This document shows positions 8,931 through 16,819 of a DNA stretch of 46,897 bases, one piece after another. The DNA is from an uncultured Candidatus Saccharibacteria bacterium (GTDB lineage Bacteria; Patescibacteriota; Minisyncoccia; UBA6257; WO2-44-18): the NCBI GenBank assembly GCA_964360605.1, contig CAYHXN010000003.1, forward strand, positions 1 to 46,897, in the 5' to 3' direction. A model generated the notes under the pieces. The model saw nothing but the letters and a program-made list of their open reading frames with translations, had not been told where the DNA came from and did no database searches. The first letter of the stretch is position 1, and each line of letters begins with the position of its first letter. Made by a program: the position numbers and the translations under genes.

Positions 8931-10865
8931 TTAAAAAAGAAATGGAACCAATAAGAGCGCTACTATATTAATGACTTTAATTAAGGGGTTAATCGCCGGT
9001 CCGGCCGTGTCTTTATAAGGATCGCCGACAGTGTCGCCCGTAACGGCGGCCTTATGCCAATCGGTGCCTTTAGCGCCAGCGGCTTCAATATATTTTTTAG
9101 CGTTGTCCCAGGCCGCGCCTCCGGAAGTCATGGACAACGCGACAAACAATCCGGAAACAATCGTTCCCATTAAAAAACCTCCGAGCGCCTGACCGCCAAG
9201 TAAGATACCGACAGCTAAAACGGAAGCTACTGGCAAAATTGCCGGAAAAATCATTTCTTTCAAGGCGGCTGTCGTTACTATGTCCACGGCTTTGCCATAT
9301 TCCGGTTTGGCGGTACCCGCCATCAGACCGGGAATTTCTCGAAACTGGCGCCGGATTTCTTCCACTACCGCGCCAGCGGCTTTACCAACGGCTTTCATGG
9401 CAATGGAACCAAAAAGATAAGGGATCCCCGCTCCTAAAAAGAGACCGATGACTACATTCGGATTCTGAAGATCAAAAGAAATTCCAGGGAATTGTTTTAC
9501 GTATTCTGAAAAAATAACTAGCGCCGCGAGTCCCGCTGAAGCAATAGCGTATCCTTTAGTTACAGCTTTAGTGGTATTGCCAACAGCGTCTAAGGAATCT
9601 GTAATCTTACGAACGTCTTCCGGCGCGCCGGACATTTCGGCAATACCGCCGGCGTTGTCAGTAATCGGTCCGAAAGAATCAATGGCAATCACGATACCGG
9701 CTACCGAAAGCATGGAAACGGCGGCCACCGCCACGCCATTAATGCCAGCGAAAGCAAAAGCGCCTAAAATTCCCGCCACGATTAGAATAATCGGTAAAAT
9801 CGTAGACTCCATACTGACCGAGAGTCCCATAATAATGTTGGTTCCATGCCCGGATTTGGAAGCTTCGGCAATGCTTTTCACCGGCCGGAATTTTTTGGAA
9901 GTATAATAATCAGTAATCAACACCATACCGCCGGTAACCGCGAGACCAATTAAACTAGAAAAGAAGACTCCGAAAGAATTTTCGCTTAAGAACCAAGTAG
10001 AAGCAAAATAGAAAAGAGCGGCTGATATCACTAAAGAAGCGGTTAATCCCTTATAAAGCGCCCCCATAATGGAGCCGTTTTTACCAAGCCGTACGAACCA
10101 ACTACCTATAATAGAAGCGATGATCGCTAAACCGCCCAAAATCAACGGAAAAACAGAACCCGTTAAAAGCATCGCCGCGATTAAAGTAACGGCGTAAGTT
10201 TCAAAAAGATCGGCGGCCATTCCAGCGCAATCGCCGACATTATCACCGACGTTATCGGCAATCACGCCCGGATTCCGCGGGTCGTCTTCGGGAATACCCG
10301 CTTCTACCTTTCCTACCAAATCAGTTCCCACGTCAGCGGCTTTAGTGAAAATACCGCCGCCTAAACGGGCAAAAATAGAAATCAAACTAGCGCCAAACCC
10401 CAAGCCGATTAAAGAAGAAAAATCTCGGGTAACTAAATAAAAAGCGGTTACCGATAAAAGACCCAACGCCACTACTAAAAATCCTGTAACAGAGCCGGCT
10501 TTAAAAGCAAGAGATAAAGCAGGAGCCGTTCCGTTTTTCGCTGCTTCCGCGGTTTTGGCGTTGGAACGAACCGCGACGTTCATCCCGATGTAACCCGCTA
10601 GCGCGGAAGCAACCGCGCCAACCAAAAAACCAATAGACATTTCCACGCCAAGCGTTACATAAATCAAAACAAATAAAATCGCGGCGACAACCGCTACTGA
10701 TTTATACTGTCGGTTTAAAAACGCCGAGGAACCCTCTTGAATGGCGTGGGAAATTTCTTCCATTTTAGGATTACCCGCCGGTTGCCTGCGCAACCACAAG
10801 ATGATGTAAACGCTGTAAGCGATTGCCAAAATAATCGGCACGAAGGTTAAATAATAGATATTCAT
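8931..10865 (-). CDS. hppA: membrane-bound ion-translocating pyrophosphatase
   Basis: 644 aa polytopic protein. [18 protein letters not shown] and [21 protein letters not shown] signatures. Confidence 0.95.
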   Translation of the reverse strand: MNIYYLTFVPIILAIAYSVYIILWLRRQPAGNPKMEEISHAIQEGSSAFLNRQYKSVAVVAAILFVLIYVTLGVEMSIGFLVGAVASALAGYIGMNVAVRSNAKTAEAAKNGTAPALSLAFKAGSVTGFLVVALGLLSVTAFYLVTRDFSSLIGLGFGASLISIFARLGGGIFTKAADVGTDLVGKVEAGIPEDDPRNPGVIADNVGDNVGDCAGMAADLFETYAVTLIAAMLLTGSVFPLILGGLAIIASIIGSWFVRLGKNGSIMGALYKGLTASLVISAALFYFASTWFLSENSFGVFFSSLIGLAVTGGMVLITDYYTSKKFRPVKSIAEASKSGHGTNIIMGLSVSMESTILPIILIVAGILGAFAFAGINGVAVAAVSMLSVAGIVIAIDSFGPITDNAGGIAEMSGAPEDVRKITDSLDAVGNTTKAVTKGYAIASAGLAALVIFSEYVKQFPGISFDLQNPNVVIGLFLGAGIPYLFGSIAMKAVGKAAGAVVEEIRRQFREIPGLMAGTAKPEYGKAVDIVTTAALKEMIFPAILPVASVLAVGILLGGQALGGFLMGTIVSGLFVALSMTSGGAAWDNAKKYIEAAGAKGTDWHKAAVTGDTVGDPYKDTAGPAINPLIKVINIVALLLVPFLF

Positions 10866-12133
10866 TATTCTGATTTCTTAACTTCTTTATTTTCCTCCTT
10901 TTTAACTTCGGCGGCGGTCTCGTCTTCAACCACGGCCGCTACTCCGCCTTCTTGCGCTTCTTCCGGCCTGGAAGAAGAACGAACATCAATTTTCCATCCG
11001 GTCAATTTGGCCGCTAGACGCACATTTTGGCCACCTTTGCCGATCGCTAAACTTAATTGGTCGTCTGGGACAAAAACTCTTGCTTCACGCCTTGGTAAAA
11101 TCTCAACGCTTTGGACTTTAGCGGGAGAAATCGCGCTCCCGATAAATTTAGCAGGGTCTTCAGACCATTCTACAATGTCTAGTTTTTCGTTGCCAAGCTC
11201 GTTACTCACCGCCATTACGCGAGTGCCTCGCTGGCCGACACAGGATCCGACCGGATCAATTCCATCAGCTTTGGAAACAACGGCAATTTTAGTACGGCTA
11301 CCCGGTTCACGAGCGATGCCCTTTATTTCAATCAAGTCGTCGTTTATTTCCGGAACTTCCAAGGCAAATAACCGGCTGACGAATTTTGGATGAGAGCGGG
11401 ATAAAATAATGCCCGGGATTCGGCTTTCTTCTTGAACCGCTAAAACATAAAAACGCATCCGATCACCGGTGCGATAGTGTTCGCCGGGAATGCTTTCGTT
11501 ATAAAACATGATGCCGGTAGCGCGACCCAAATCCACGTAAACATTTCCGCGCTCAAAACGCTGGATGACCCCGCTGACAATTTCCCCTTCCTTTCCTTTG
11601 TATTCCCCAAGCACTGATTCTCTTTCCGCTTCACGAAGTTTTTGTAAAACCACCTGCTTGGCGGTCTGGGCGGCAATACGTCCAAAATCATCGTGAGTTT
11701 CCAAGGGAAATTCTAATTCGTCTCCGACTTTGGCATCGGCTTTAATTTTCTTCGCCTCTTCAACCAACAAATGTCTTTCAGAGCTGTAACGCGGCAAAAG
11801 CGGCTCTCCTGTTTCACTAAATTCGCCTTCCTTACCGACCGAAGCTTGGGGTGCAATTGGCTTTCCCGTAGCTCCTTCAGCGGACTCCCCTTCGGCAGCT
11901 TCCTCCACGAACCGCACCGTAGTTTCGTCAACCACGGCTTTGACCTGCCAGAATTTCAAGTCTCCTGTTTTTAAATCAAACTTCGCTTTAATCACTTCGC
12001 CTTTCTGCATATATTCTTTTTTATACGCGGCGGCGATGGAAGACTCTATGGCTTCCAAAATTTTGGCGGCATCAATCCCCTTTTCTTCCGCGATCTGGTC
12101 AACGGCCTTTTTAATACTTTTTAAATCAAACAT
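10865..12133 (-). CDS. nusA: transcription termination/antitermination factor NusA
   Basis: N-terminal domain, S1 and two KH regions ([28 protein letters not shown]). TAATG overlap with hppA. Confidence 0.93.
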   Translation of the reverse strand: MFDLKSIKKAVDQIAEEKGIDAAKILEAIESSIAAAYKKEYMQKGEVIKAKFDLKTGDLKFWQVKAVVDETTVRFVEEAAEGESAEGATGKPIAPQASVGKEGEFSETGEPLLPRYSSERHLLVEEAKKIKADAKVGDELEFPLETHDDFGRIAAQTAKQVVLQKLREAERESVLGEYKGKEGEIVSGVIQRFERGNVYVDLGRATGIMFYNESIPGEHYRTGDRMRFYVLAVQEESRIPGIILSRSHPKFVSRLFALEVPEINDDLIEIKGIAREPGSRTKIAVVSKADGIDPVGSCVGQRGTRVMAVSNELGNEKLDIVEWSEDPAKFIGSAISPAKVQSVEILPRREARVFVPDDQLSLAIGKGGQNVRLAAKLTGWKIDVRSSSRPEEAQEGGVAAVVEDETAAEVKKEENKEVKKSE

Positions 12134-12223
12134 TTTTTTATTTTTATTTTTTAAATTTGTGGCGGGGAATTTTTTGACTATAAATATAGGTCGCTTATAA
12201 AGCGACCTTATATTGATAAATTC

Positions 12224-12252
12224 ATCATACTCCCCCTGTTTTTAAAAGTCAA
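12224..12252 (-). promoter_or_regulatory. candidate promoter TTGACT-N17-TATGAT for nusA
   Basis: Read on the minus strand. Followed by a 9-bp hairpin AGGTCGCTT-ata-AAGCGACCT (12188-12208) in the leader. Confidence 0.4.
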
Positions 12253-12284
12253 CCCCTTACTAAGATCAAACCGCCCCGAAAGAT

Positions 12285-12962
12285 TTAATTATGTATTTCC
12301 AAAAATTTTTCGTAATCTTTTTGGCTTATAAATTTATATTTTCTTAAAAGCTCCAGTTTTTTTGAGAAAACTTCCCCAAGATCCCGGAACTTCATTCCTG
12401 ACGATCTTAGTAGGTCGTCAAAATCCGACCAAGAATTCGGGTCTAGAGACGAATAGATTGCCGCTACCCAAGTCGCGATATCTTCAAGCTTATGAGTCCC
12501 GCCATAGATGCTGATCACGCCTCTTTCTATCAGCGATTCTTTTCGCGATACCGTCTTGCTTACTTCTAGCCAATCCTTATAAAAATCGCCGCCCAAATGT
12601 ATCAAATGGAATGTATAAGCGTGGGCAGCTTCATGCCAAATAGTTTTCTTACATAAAGGCGCGGTTTTTAAACAAATGATTCCCGTGTAGTTATGACAGT
12701 GAGCCCATTCACTTCCACTAATATGTTTTCCGTCATCGTTGAAAGCTATACATTCTATTGAAGCGATCATTTCCGGTGTCAGCCAATCCAAGGCCTCATC
12801 AATGAGTTTAATCATTCCGTCATCTAATTCTTTCGCTTCTTTTCCGTCGTATATCTGTCTTAAAACCACTCCGTGCCGAGATATTTTTTTGGAAATCGGC
12901 GGTAAAACGCAAGAAGAAAGAAGAAATAAAGAAAATATCCAAAGGCCTGCTCTCAATCGCAT
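12285..12962 (-). CDS. putative HExxH metallopeptidase lipoprotein, paralog B
   Basis: ATG at 12962 with an AGGAG SD. Lipobox-like LFLLSSC and an IWHEAAHA motif. Confidence 0.6.
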   Translation of the reverse strand: MRLRAGLWIFSLFLLSSCVLPPISKKISRHGVVLRQIYDGKEAKELDDGMIKLIDEALDWLTPEMIASIECIAFNDDGKHISGSEWAHCHNYTGIICLKTAPLCKKTIWHEAAHAYTFHLIHLGGDFYKDWLEVSKTVSRKESLIERGVISIYGGTHKLEDIATWVAAIYSSLDPNSWSDFDDLLRSSGMKFRDLGEVFSKKLELLRKYKFISQKDYEKFLEIHN

Positions 12963-13020
12963 CAGTCTCCTGTTTTGAAGTGCTAATTGTAATTGTAGCA
13001 CCTCTTGGGAATTAGGAATT

Positions 13021-13076
13021 GTCCCGCCGTTGGCGGGATCCCGCCTTCTTAAATGTTATCGGAAATGTGGCGGGAG
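13021..13076. repeat. CCCGCC/GGCGGG double-hairpin repeat, left copy (inverted relative to 24805-24860)
   Basis: 13021-13050 is the exact reverse complement of 24831-24860 (30/30). A 9-bp box GTGGCGGGA (13068-13076) lies at the same 17-nt spacing as TCCCGCCAC (24805-24813). Confidence 0.9.
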
Positions 13077-13077
13077 A

Positions 13078-13116
13078 AAATTAAAAATCCCTTGCGTAGC
13101 TATGCTACGCAAGGGA
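13078..13116 (-). terminator. strong intrinsic terminator of the left GC-rich gene
   Basis: 13-bp perfect stem TCCCTTGCGTAGC-tat-GCTACGCAAGGGA, followed on the minus strand by TTTTTAATTTT. Confidence 0.8.
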
Positions 13117-13153
13117 TTAGGAATCTAGGGGCCAGGAAACCAGGGGGCTGAAG

Positions 13154-13753
13154 CTACTTGCGATAACGAAGGAGACGATCGTCGGAGCCCCAGTCGTCCC
13201 CGAGCCAGTAGAAGCCCAGATACCACCGGTCGCCATCCCAGTCGAGGTACGAGACGTAGCGGCTGCCGCTCCCGCCCTGCCAGACCGTTCCGGGGAAGAC
13301 GATGCAATACACACCTTTCGGAGGAATCCAGTTCCTGTACTTATTAAGAAAGGCGTCGGCGTACTTCTGACCCTTGTCGGCATGCATCTTGATGGCGCGG
13401 ATGAGCATTTCCTCTCCGCCAACTCGAGACTCGCCCGAGTTGAGGAACTCACAGAGCTCCAACTCTACCTTGCCGGGCTGGAGACTCTGGTCGCTGTCGC
13501 TGAGCAACTTCAGGTCAAAACGCTGGGCCTCTTTGGCAACGAACGAGCTGACTGGATCAATAGTGAGGGTGAAGGTCGGTATGGGCGGCTTAAGGCCGCA
13601 GACCCGGCGGTAATCTTCGCGGTTGATTTTTGAAATATTGGCATCACGAAGGTCCGTAAGAAGCCCTGATCCTAAAATGGCCTGAATCTGTTCGTTCGGC
13701 GTTTCTTTAAATAGTTCAAGGATTTTTGCCGCTTGGTTCAGGGTTGCCGTCAT
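13154..13753 (-). CDS. hypothetical protein encoded by a GC-rich (about 60%) cassette
   Basis: Track ORF 13154-13768. The ATG at 13753 is preferred (GAAAGGA SD 6 nt upstream). Own promoter and terminator. No family recognised. Confidence 0.6.
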   Translation of the reverse strand: MTATLNQAAKILELFKETPNEQIQAILGSGLLTDLRDANISKINREDYRRVCGLKPPIPTFTLTIDPVSSFVAKEAQRFDLKLLSDSDQSLQPGKVELELCEFLNSGESRVGGEEMLIRAIKMHADKGQKYADAFLNKYRNWIPPKGVYCIVFPGTVWQGGSGSRYVSYLDWDGDRWYLGFYWLGDDWGSDDRLLRYRK

Positions 13754-13836
13754 GGCAAGTCCTTTCAAAATAGGCGTCGCTTTAATTACCGGAACAGCCG
13801 GAAATCAAGCGGGCCTGATTAAAGATTCTGTTGCAA

Positions 13837-13865
13837 ATTATATATTAAATTTTTATTTTTGTCAA
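13837..13865 (-). promoter_or_regulatory. perfect consensus sigma70 promoter TTGACA-N17-TATAAT
   Basis: The minus strand reads TTGACAAAAATAAAAATTTAATATATAAT. It drives the GC-rich gene through a leader of about 77 nt. Confidence 0.7.
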
Positions 13866-13923
13866 CAGATTCAACCGCAAGTTCAAGAGACGCGAGTTTA
13901 TTTTAAAGAAAAATGTATCGGAG

Positions 13924-14012
13924 GCGCGCTGGCTTGGTGTTCAATGTAATTGAACCAGCGCGCTGAGATAAAAGTGGTATAGCGCCGCTGGAGCGCTATG
14001 ACCACGCTTTTT
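13924..14012 (+). other. two tandem GC-rich hairpins, the second followed by a T tract (orphan terminator or small RNA 3' end)
   Basis: Hairpin 1: GCGCGCTGG..GTTCAAT-gta-ATTGAAC-CCAGCGCGC (13924-13963). Hairpin 2: GTGGTATAGCGC-N7-GCGCTATgACCAC (13975-14005), then GCTTTTTCTT. Confidence 0.45.
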
Positions 14013-14053
14013 CTTAAAATAAACGAGCGGTAATTTGACAATTCTTAATTTTA

Positions 14054-14305
14054 AGTGTGAAACATTGTAAAAAGTGTGAAACATTGATTTTATATTACCC
14101 TTAAAAGCTAAAAAATGTTTCACGTGAAACATTGCATTAAGGACTTTGTTAAACTTATAACAAATGTTTGTCGGCAAACACTTTAATAAAAATCATCTGT
14201 ATACTGTAAAGATGTTTGCCGTGAAACATCGCATTAAATTGTTTCACGTGAAACAATTTGTAAAAAATAAGCTTAATGGACTAGAATATGTTTGTCGGCA
14301 AACAT
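14054..14305. repeat. intergenic cluster of ATGTTT-N6-AAACAT palindromes and GTGAAACATTG half sites
   Basis: Half sites at 14054-14067 and 14073-14086. 18-mers at 14115-14132, 14164-14181, 14212-14229, 14239-14256 and 14288-14305. Confidence 0.85.
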
Positions 14306-14306
14306 T

Positions 14307-14765
14307 ATGAAAAATACAAGCGCAACAGGTCAAATAGGCGAAGATTTAGCCTGCGATTATCTAATCGAAAAAGGTTATTCGGTTATTGAACGCAATTTCC
14401 GCCAAAAATGGGGCGAGTTGGATATTATTGCTAAAGCACCAGACGAAACTCTAGTTTTTGTTGAGGTTAAAACAATGCGGTCCCGATTCTCGACGCAGTC
14501 GGAATCGAAGATCCTCGATTCGGCAAACCCGAATCGGGACAATCCGGCAACTTGTGGTGAGCCGAGCCGAACCATTGCCGAATTATTGCCGGAAGATAAC
14601 TTAACTAAGTCAAAATTAATTAAAGTCAAAAGAACCGCAGAGATGTTTGCCGGCAAACATTCCGAACTTATAAATGAGGATAAGGGGTTGCGAATTGACC
14701 TTATTGCGATAACAATGTTTGCCGGCAAACATCCGCAAATTAATCACTACGAAAATATTTTCTAA
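14307..14765 (+). CDS. yraN: YraN-family (UPF0102) endonuclease-like protein with an internal insertion
   Basis: GEDLACDYLIEKGYSVIERNFRQKWGELDIIA...VFVEVKT...RIDLIAI matches the YraN pattern. The ATG at 14307 is preferred over the TTG at 14292. Confidence 0.75.
   Translation: MKNTSATGQIGEDLACDYLIEKGYSVIERNFRQKWGELDIIAKAPDETLVFVEVKTMRSRFSTQSESKILDSANPNRDNPATCGEPSRTIAELLPEDNLTKSKLIKVKRTAEMFAGKHSELINEDKGLRIDLIAITMFAGKHPQINHYENIF
14643..14660. repeat. perfect 18-bp palindrome ATGTTTGCCGGCAAACAT inside yraN
   Basis: In frame; encodes MFAGKH. Confidence 0.9.
14715..14732. repeat. second identical 18-bp palindrome inside yraN
   Basis: In frame; encodes MFAGKH again. Confidence 0.9.
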
Positions 14766-14827
14766 TAATTTGAAATTTATTAGATAATCTGGAATACTAA
14801 AATAGAAATTCTTTGACAAGGTAAACT

Positions 14828-15532
14828 GTGAAACGTCTTGCGGTCTTTTTTCTGGCATCTCTCTTTCTTTGTTCCTGCGGAGTAGCTGAAAAGAAAGTCG
14901 TTAGTGAACACATTCGGTACGCGACGAACGCTACCGCGGAACAAAAACTGGTGATTGACGAAGCGCTGGCTTGGCTAGCTCCCGATGTTCAAAAGTCTGT
15001 TATAGCTATAGAGATAAATAACAATGTAATTCATTTTCTGTCTACGGTAGTAGACGGGGGATTCGCGGCGGCACATTTGTGCCCGTATAATATGGAAAAG
15101 ATATGTATTCGTCCGGAATTTCTTGACGCAGATTTGATATGGCACGAAGCTGGCCATACTCATTTTTTCAAAAAAGATATCCTGCATTATTGGAATGAGT
15201 GGATTAAAATCGCCGGCGATACCTACTTAAAAGGAACTAAAAAGTATTCTGATTATTTACTCGCGTATCCCAAAGACGGAATCCTCACCGCTTATGGCGC
15301 GGTGAACTTTTTAGAAGATTACGCGGTGTGGGTAGAAAAAGTGGTTGAATATGACTATAATTATGGAGCTTCCGGCCGCGATCATTTTGACAATGTTTTT
15401 TCCAAAGTGCGCGGTTCTAAAAATCCGATATATTTAAAAAAACTTAAGTTTCTTTTAGACGGTGGCGCGATTTCTCAACGGCAATATGAAAGAGTAAAGG
15501 TAATTCTCGAAATTAAAAAATCCCCGAAGTAG
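14828..15532 (+). CDS. putative HExxH metallopeptidase lipoprotein, paralog C
   Basis: GTG start with an AAGG SD. Lipobox-like LFLCSCG and an IWHEAGHTH motif. Confidence 0.6.
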   Translation: MKRLAVFFLASLFLCSCGVAEKKVVSEHIRYATNATAEQKLVIDEALAWLAPDVQKSVIAIEINNNVIHFLSTVVDGGFAAAHLCPYNMEKICIRPEFLDADLIWHEAGHTHFFKKDILHYWNEWIKIAGDTYLKGTKKYSDYLLAYPKDGILTAYGAVNFLEDYAVWVEKVVEYDYNYGASGRDHFDNVFSKVRGSKNPIYLKKLKFLLDGGAISQRQYERVKVILEIKKSPK

Positions 15533-15547
15533 GGGATTTGTTTTTTT
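15521..15547. terminator. bidirectional hairpin terminator
   Basis: TCCCC-gaagta-GGGGA, then TTTGTTTTTTT. A run of As precedes it on the other side. Lies between convergent genes. Confidence 0.65.
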
Positions 15548-15869
15548 ATTGTTCTTTTTTCAACTTGTAACGGATGAGAGCATGGAACTGAAAGCCGGTA
15601 GGGAACACTGGCTCGTAGACTTCAGCGAAACGATCTTTGTTTTCTTTTTTCCATTTTTCCATTTCCTTCAACGTTTTTTCAATATCGCTTTGCGTGTCCG
15701 GGCAGGTAAACACTTTCCATTGGTATTCGGTACTTTGGTCTTGAATAATTGATGCTTCTGCCCTAAGCGCAACAGAGCTTGATCCAATACCCCAAGCCAT
15801 TATTCCAAACAACACCGCCAAAATAATAAAAACACCGATAGCGGATGTAAGTGTAACTTCTTCCTTCAC
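15546..15869 (-). CDS. hypothetical single-pass membrane protein
   Basis: Track ORF extends to 15914 (TTG). The GTG at 15869 is preferred because of the AAAGGTGG SD. The start remains uncertain. Confidence 0.5.
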   Translation of the reverse strand: MKEEVTLTSAIGVFIILAVLFGIMAWGIGSSSVALRAEASIIQDQSTEYQWKVFTCPDTQSDIEKTLKEMEKWKKENKDRFAEVYEPVFPTGFQFHALIRYKLKKEQ

Positions 15870-16017
15870 AAACCACCTTTTAAATTTCCGTATATAAATA
15901 TATATGGAACTCAAGATAATTCAAGTAGCCCCAGCGGGGTTTTCTAACACAATCAAAACTGATTATTTCTTAGATTGGAAAATTTATATTGCGCGGAAGA
16001 ACCCGAAAAAAACTTTG

Positions 16018-16088
16018 TGCCCCCACAAGGAATCGAACCTTGGTCAATTGCTTAAGAGGCAACTGCTTTACCATTAAGCTATGGGGGC
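16018..16088 (-). tRNA. tRNA-Lys (anticodon CTT), no encoded CCA
   Basis: Manual cloverleaf: GCCCCCA / D arm GCTT-AATGGTA-AAGC / GTTGC-CTCTTAA-GCAAT / CAAGG-TTCGATT-CCTTG / TGGGGGC-A. Confidence 0.88.
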
Positions 16089-16119
16089 AATCTGTGGATA
16101 ACCTATTTTATATTAATTT

Positions 16120-16388
16120 AGAATCCATCTCAATAATACTCTCTGACGCGATACTAGCCAATTTTATTCAGAACAAGACAGGAGGAGAAAACTGTGCTTT
16201 CAGCACGTTGACGACAACTAACGAAGTTATGGATAAAATTAGCTGTATCCCGAAGGGTTGCGGTCTAAATAGCCGAATCTCTGCGTCGCTCTTCCTCAAT
16301 GAAGCACCTGCTTTATTTCGTCATCGCTCCTTTATCTCGGCTATTTATTCTCGCAACGCGTCTGTGAATTATTATTGAGATGGATTCT
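16120..16388. other. 269-bp noncoding element closed by perfect 19-bp inverted repeats (structured RNA or MITE-like)
   Basis: AGAATCCATCTCAATAATA (16120-16138) against TATTATTGAGATGGATTCT (16370-16388). A second closing helix GACGCG (16145-16150) / CGCGTC (16357-16362). Confidence 0.6.
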
Positions 16389-16410
16389 GATATACTTAAA
16401 AGTATACGAA

Positions 16411-16593
16411 ATGACTAAGAATTTTCTGTTGGTAATTGTAATCGCGGCAGTTGTCGTCGGGGCGGCTATCGGCGGTTACATTTACTGGAAAAAATATCGC
16501 GGCGGAGGCTCGCCGGTTTCCGATAAACTCTTAAAAGAACTATATACGCCCATCAACATTCCGACGAATCCGTTAGAAAACATTAATAAATAA
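16411..16593 (+). CDS. small single-pass membrane protein with an NP-motif tail
   Basis: MTKNFLLVIVIAAVVVGAAIGGYIYWKK... ends in TNPLENINK. Start trimmed to the ATG at 16411. Confidence 0.5.
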   Translation: MTKNFLLVIVIAAVVVGAAIGGYIYWKKYRGGGSPVSDKLLKELYTPINIPTNPLENINK

Positions 16594-16599
16594 TTAAGT

Positions 16600-16818
16600 A
16601 TGAAAAAAAATATTTGGATTGTTATCGCTGTTATAATTGCTGTTGCGGTAGCTGCTTATTTGTATTTCAAGACGACCGAGAAAAAGGGCGCTGTAGGAAC
16701 CGCAGAGGAAGTAAGCGAAGCCGTTCCCAAAATTACTACCAATCCCGGAGCAGAAGTGCCAGAAATTAATCCGATTGATAGAGCCAATCCTTTCAAATAC
16801 CAAAATCCTCTTAGATAA
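16600..16818 (+). CDS. small single-pass membrane protein, paralog-like to the previous ORF
   Basis: MKKNIWIVIAVIIAVAVAAYLYFK... TNPGAEVPEINPIDRANPFKYQNPLR. Its stop is 1 nt before the next start. Confidence 0.55.
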   Translation: MKKNIWIVIAVIIAVAVAAYLYFKTTEKKGAVGTAEEVSEAVPKITTNPGAEVPEINPIDRANPFKYQNPLR

Positions 16819-16819
16819 A

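Noticed and set aside
13117-13633. Several 60-111-aa ORFs on both strands overlapping the left GC-rich gene.
   Set aside because: They are shadow ORFs of GC-rich sequence (Arg/Pro/Ser/Gly-rich translations). No start signals were seen.
14054-14305. Possible CRISPR array suggested by the repeated GTGAAACAT-containing units.
   Set aside because: The units are palindromes with variable centres and irregular spacing (19, 28 and 46-50 nt). Some are half sites. Two more copies lie inside a coding gene, and there are no cas genes in the window.
16093-16101. Perfect DnaA box TGTGGATAA beside tRNA-Lys, as a possible second origin.
   Set aside because: It is a single isolated box with no cluster and no adjacent dnaA. 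One chance occurrence is plausible in 47 kb of AT-rich DNA.
15989-16378. 129-aa plus-strand ORF.
   Set aside because: It runs antisense through tRNA-Lys and across the inverted-repeat-bounded noncoding element. It has no SD and an implausible composition.
16120-16388. Identification of the element as RNase P RNA, tmRNA, SRP RNA or 6S RNA.
   Set aside because: I could not find the GAGGAAAGUCC / ACAGNAANNCGGCUUA-type RNase P motifs. There is no tmRNA tag ORF with a tRNA-like end, and no SRP GGAA tetraloop with its symmetric loop. At 269 nt it also fits none of them well. It needs an Rfam scan.
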